Source of the DNA: Eledone cirrhosa
Taxonomy: Eukaryota
Reading direction: 5' to 3'
DNA length: 30,796 nt
Assembly: GCA_964016885.1 (NCBI GenBank)
Contig: CAXHJY010000187.1
Coordinates: forward strand, 1-30,796
This document shows positions 29,706 to 30,796 of the stretch, piece by piece (position 1 is the first letter of the stretch; every line of letters begins with the position of its first letter). The translations under genes were made by a program, and so were the position numbers. Below the pieces are notes generated by a model that saw only the letters and a program-made list of their open reading frames with translations, searched no databases and was not told the origin of the DNA.

Positions 29706-30059
29706 TAGAAGTACATGGGGATATCTCTAGGGTAAAAGGTACTAGGAGGATGTCACTATTTGCGTTAAAGTGGATTAATGGGTGTGGAGATGTGCCCCTG
29801 ATGATTGCTGCTAGAGGTGGTGACGGGTTCAAGTCTGACATTGTTATATATTGGGTTTAAAGTTTTGGAAGGAGTGTCGGAAGCGGTGTTGGCAAGACGC
29901 GAACACTTCTGATTTTTTATTAAGGAGGTTATGGTTTGAGAAGATGATAGTATGGGCCTCTAGTAGACAGAGGTTACAAAATTTACAAAATTTATTAGAA
30001 CGCAAATAGTGACATCCTTCTAGTACCTTTTACCCTAGAGATATCCCCATGTACTTCTA
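29706..30059 (-). mobile_element. PLE-4 fragment: last ~50 codons plus 3' UTR, with inversion
   Basis: Minus strand 29996-29844 reads [50 protein letters not shown], matching the PLE-3 C-terminus (CDLC..EA..I...ILNKKSE....CKH). There is a 61-bp inverted repeat at 29706-29766 / 29999-30059. Confidence 0.8.
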
Positions 30060-30696
30060 CTTTTGGTATATTGGCCTTCAATTACTTAGACTACATTACA
30101 CCAATATATATAATTAATGTAAACTTTAAGCACGGAATTGGTTGTGCTAACATTGTCCTGTGTATGTAGTGCCATCATTGGATAAATGGAAGATTAAGTA
30201 ATTAATTTATTAACATAAAAGAGCTATATAATATATATGCTGAGTGCAATGAATTATGTACAGGTGATGTATGAGTTATAAATACATGTATGACTTGATG
30301 GTCAGATTAGTGTCTTTGTAAGTGAGAATTGATCTCTGGACTACCCTAGTGATATTTAACTTTGCCATGCAATCAGACAAGCAATGACCCAGAGCTTACC
30401 AGGAGTCATATATAGAAGTGATTCTAATAAGACCCTGCCAGGTTCTGCGGGTGGACTACACTTACAAAGATCATTGATTTGGAGATCTGTGGAATATTCC
30501 GTGGTGGCACTCTATGATAGAAGGTAATCATCCTAATATGAACACCTTTAGTACTTCTTGATAGACTACACTGTAATTTATAGATAAGATACTTAAATTT
30601 AGAAATTGTTTATAACCTTATATGATAGGAACTCATTTGAGACTCCATTAATGTACTTTAGGATAATAAATTTAGCTATAGAAATCAGCTAGTTAC

Positions 30697-30739
30697 CTCC
30701 CCTTACGCATTAACTCCCCTTACGCATTAACTCCCCTTA
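30697..30739. repeat. 17-bp tandem repeat, 2.5 copies
   Basis: CTCCCCTTACGCATTAA twice, plus CTCCCCTTA. Confidence 0.9.
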
Positions 30740-30796
30740 ATCACACACACACTTCCGGAATATAATACGATGTCAACTCTCACAACAAATACAACC

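Overview
This is AT-rich eukaryotic repeat DNA with no recognisable intact host gene. One SINE suggests a cephalopod (octopus-like) host, but that is from recall and unverified. About 30% of the window (~9 kb) is (TA)n microsatellite with CA/TG interruptions, and nearly everything else is a retroelement inserted into or next to those tracts. There are two CR1/L2-group LINE 3' portions (1-467, 27452-29520), a tRNA-derived SINE fragment, and four Penelope-like elements (PLEs) with coding sequence. PLE-1 has an open 786+ aa RT/GIY-YIG ORF; the other three are related fragments or pseudogenes, one retaining a YRDD RT motif. Three of the four PLEs carry an inverted copy of their own 3' region. The main hidden signal is about 23 type I hammerhead ribozyme (HHR) motifs from 7 distinct sequence families, read by eye on both strands. 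Two families sit in non-coding tandem arrays (466-bp unit at 2234-3991; 311-bp unit at 23319-26923), with one minimal HHR per highly base-paired unit. Both arrays flip orientation internally and end in (TA)n, as the PLEs do. The simplest reading is a (TA)n-targeted community of autonomous PLEs and non-autonomous retrozyme-like circular RNA parasites. The long (IY)n ORFs in the track are microsatellite artefacts.
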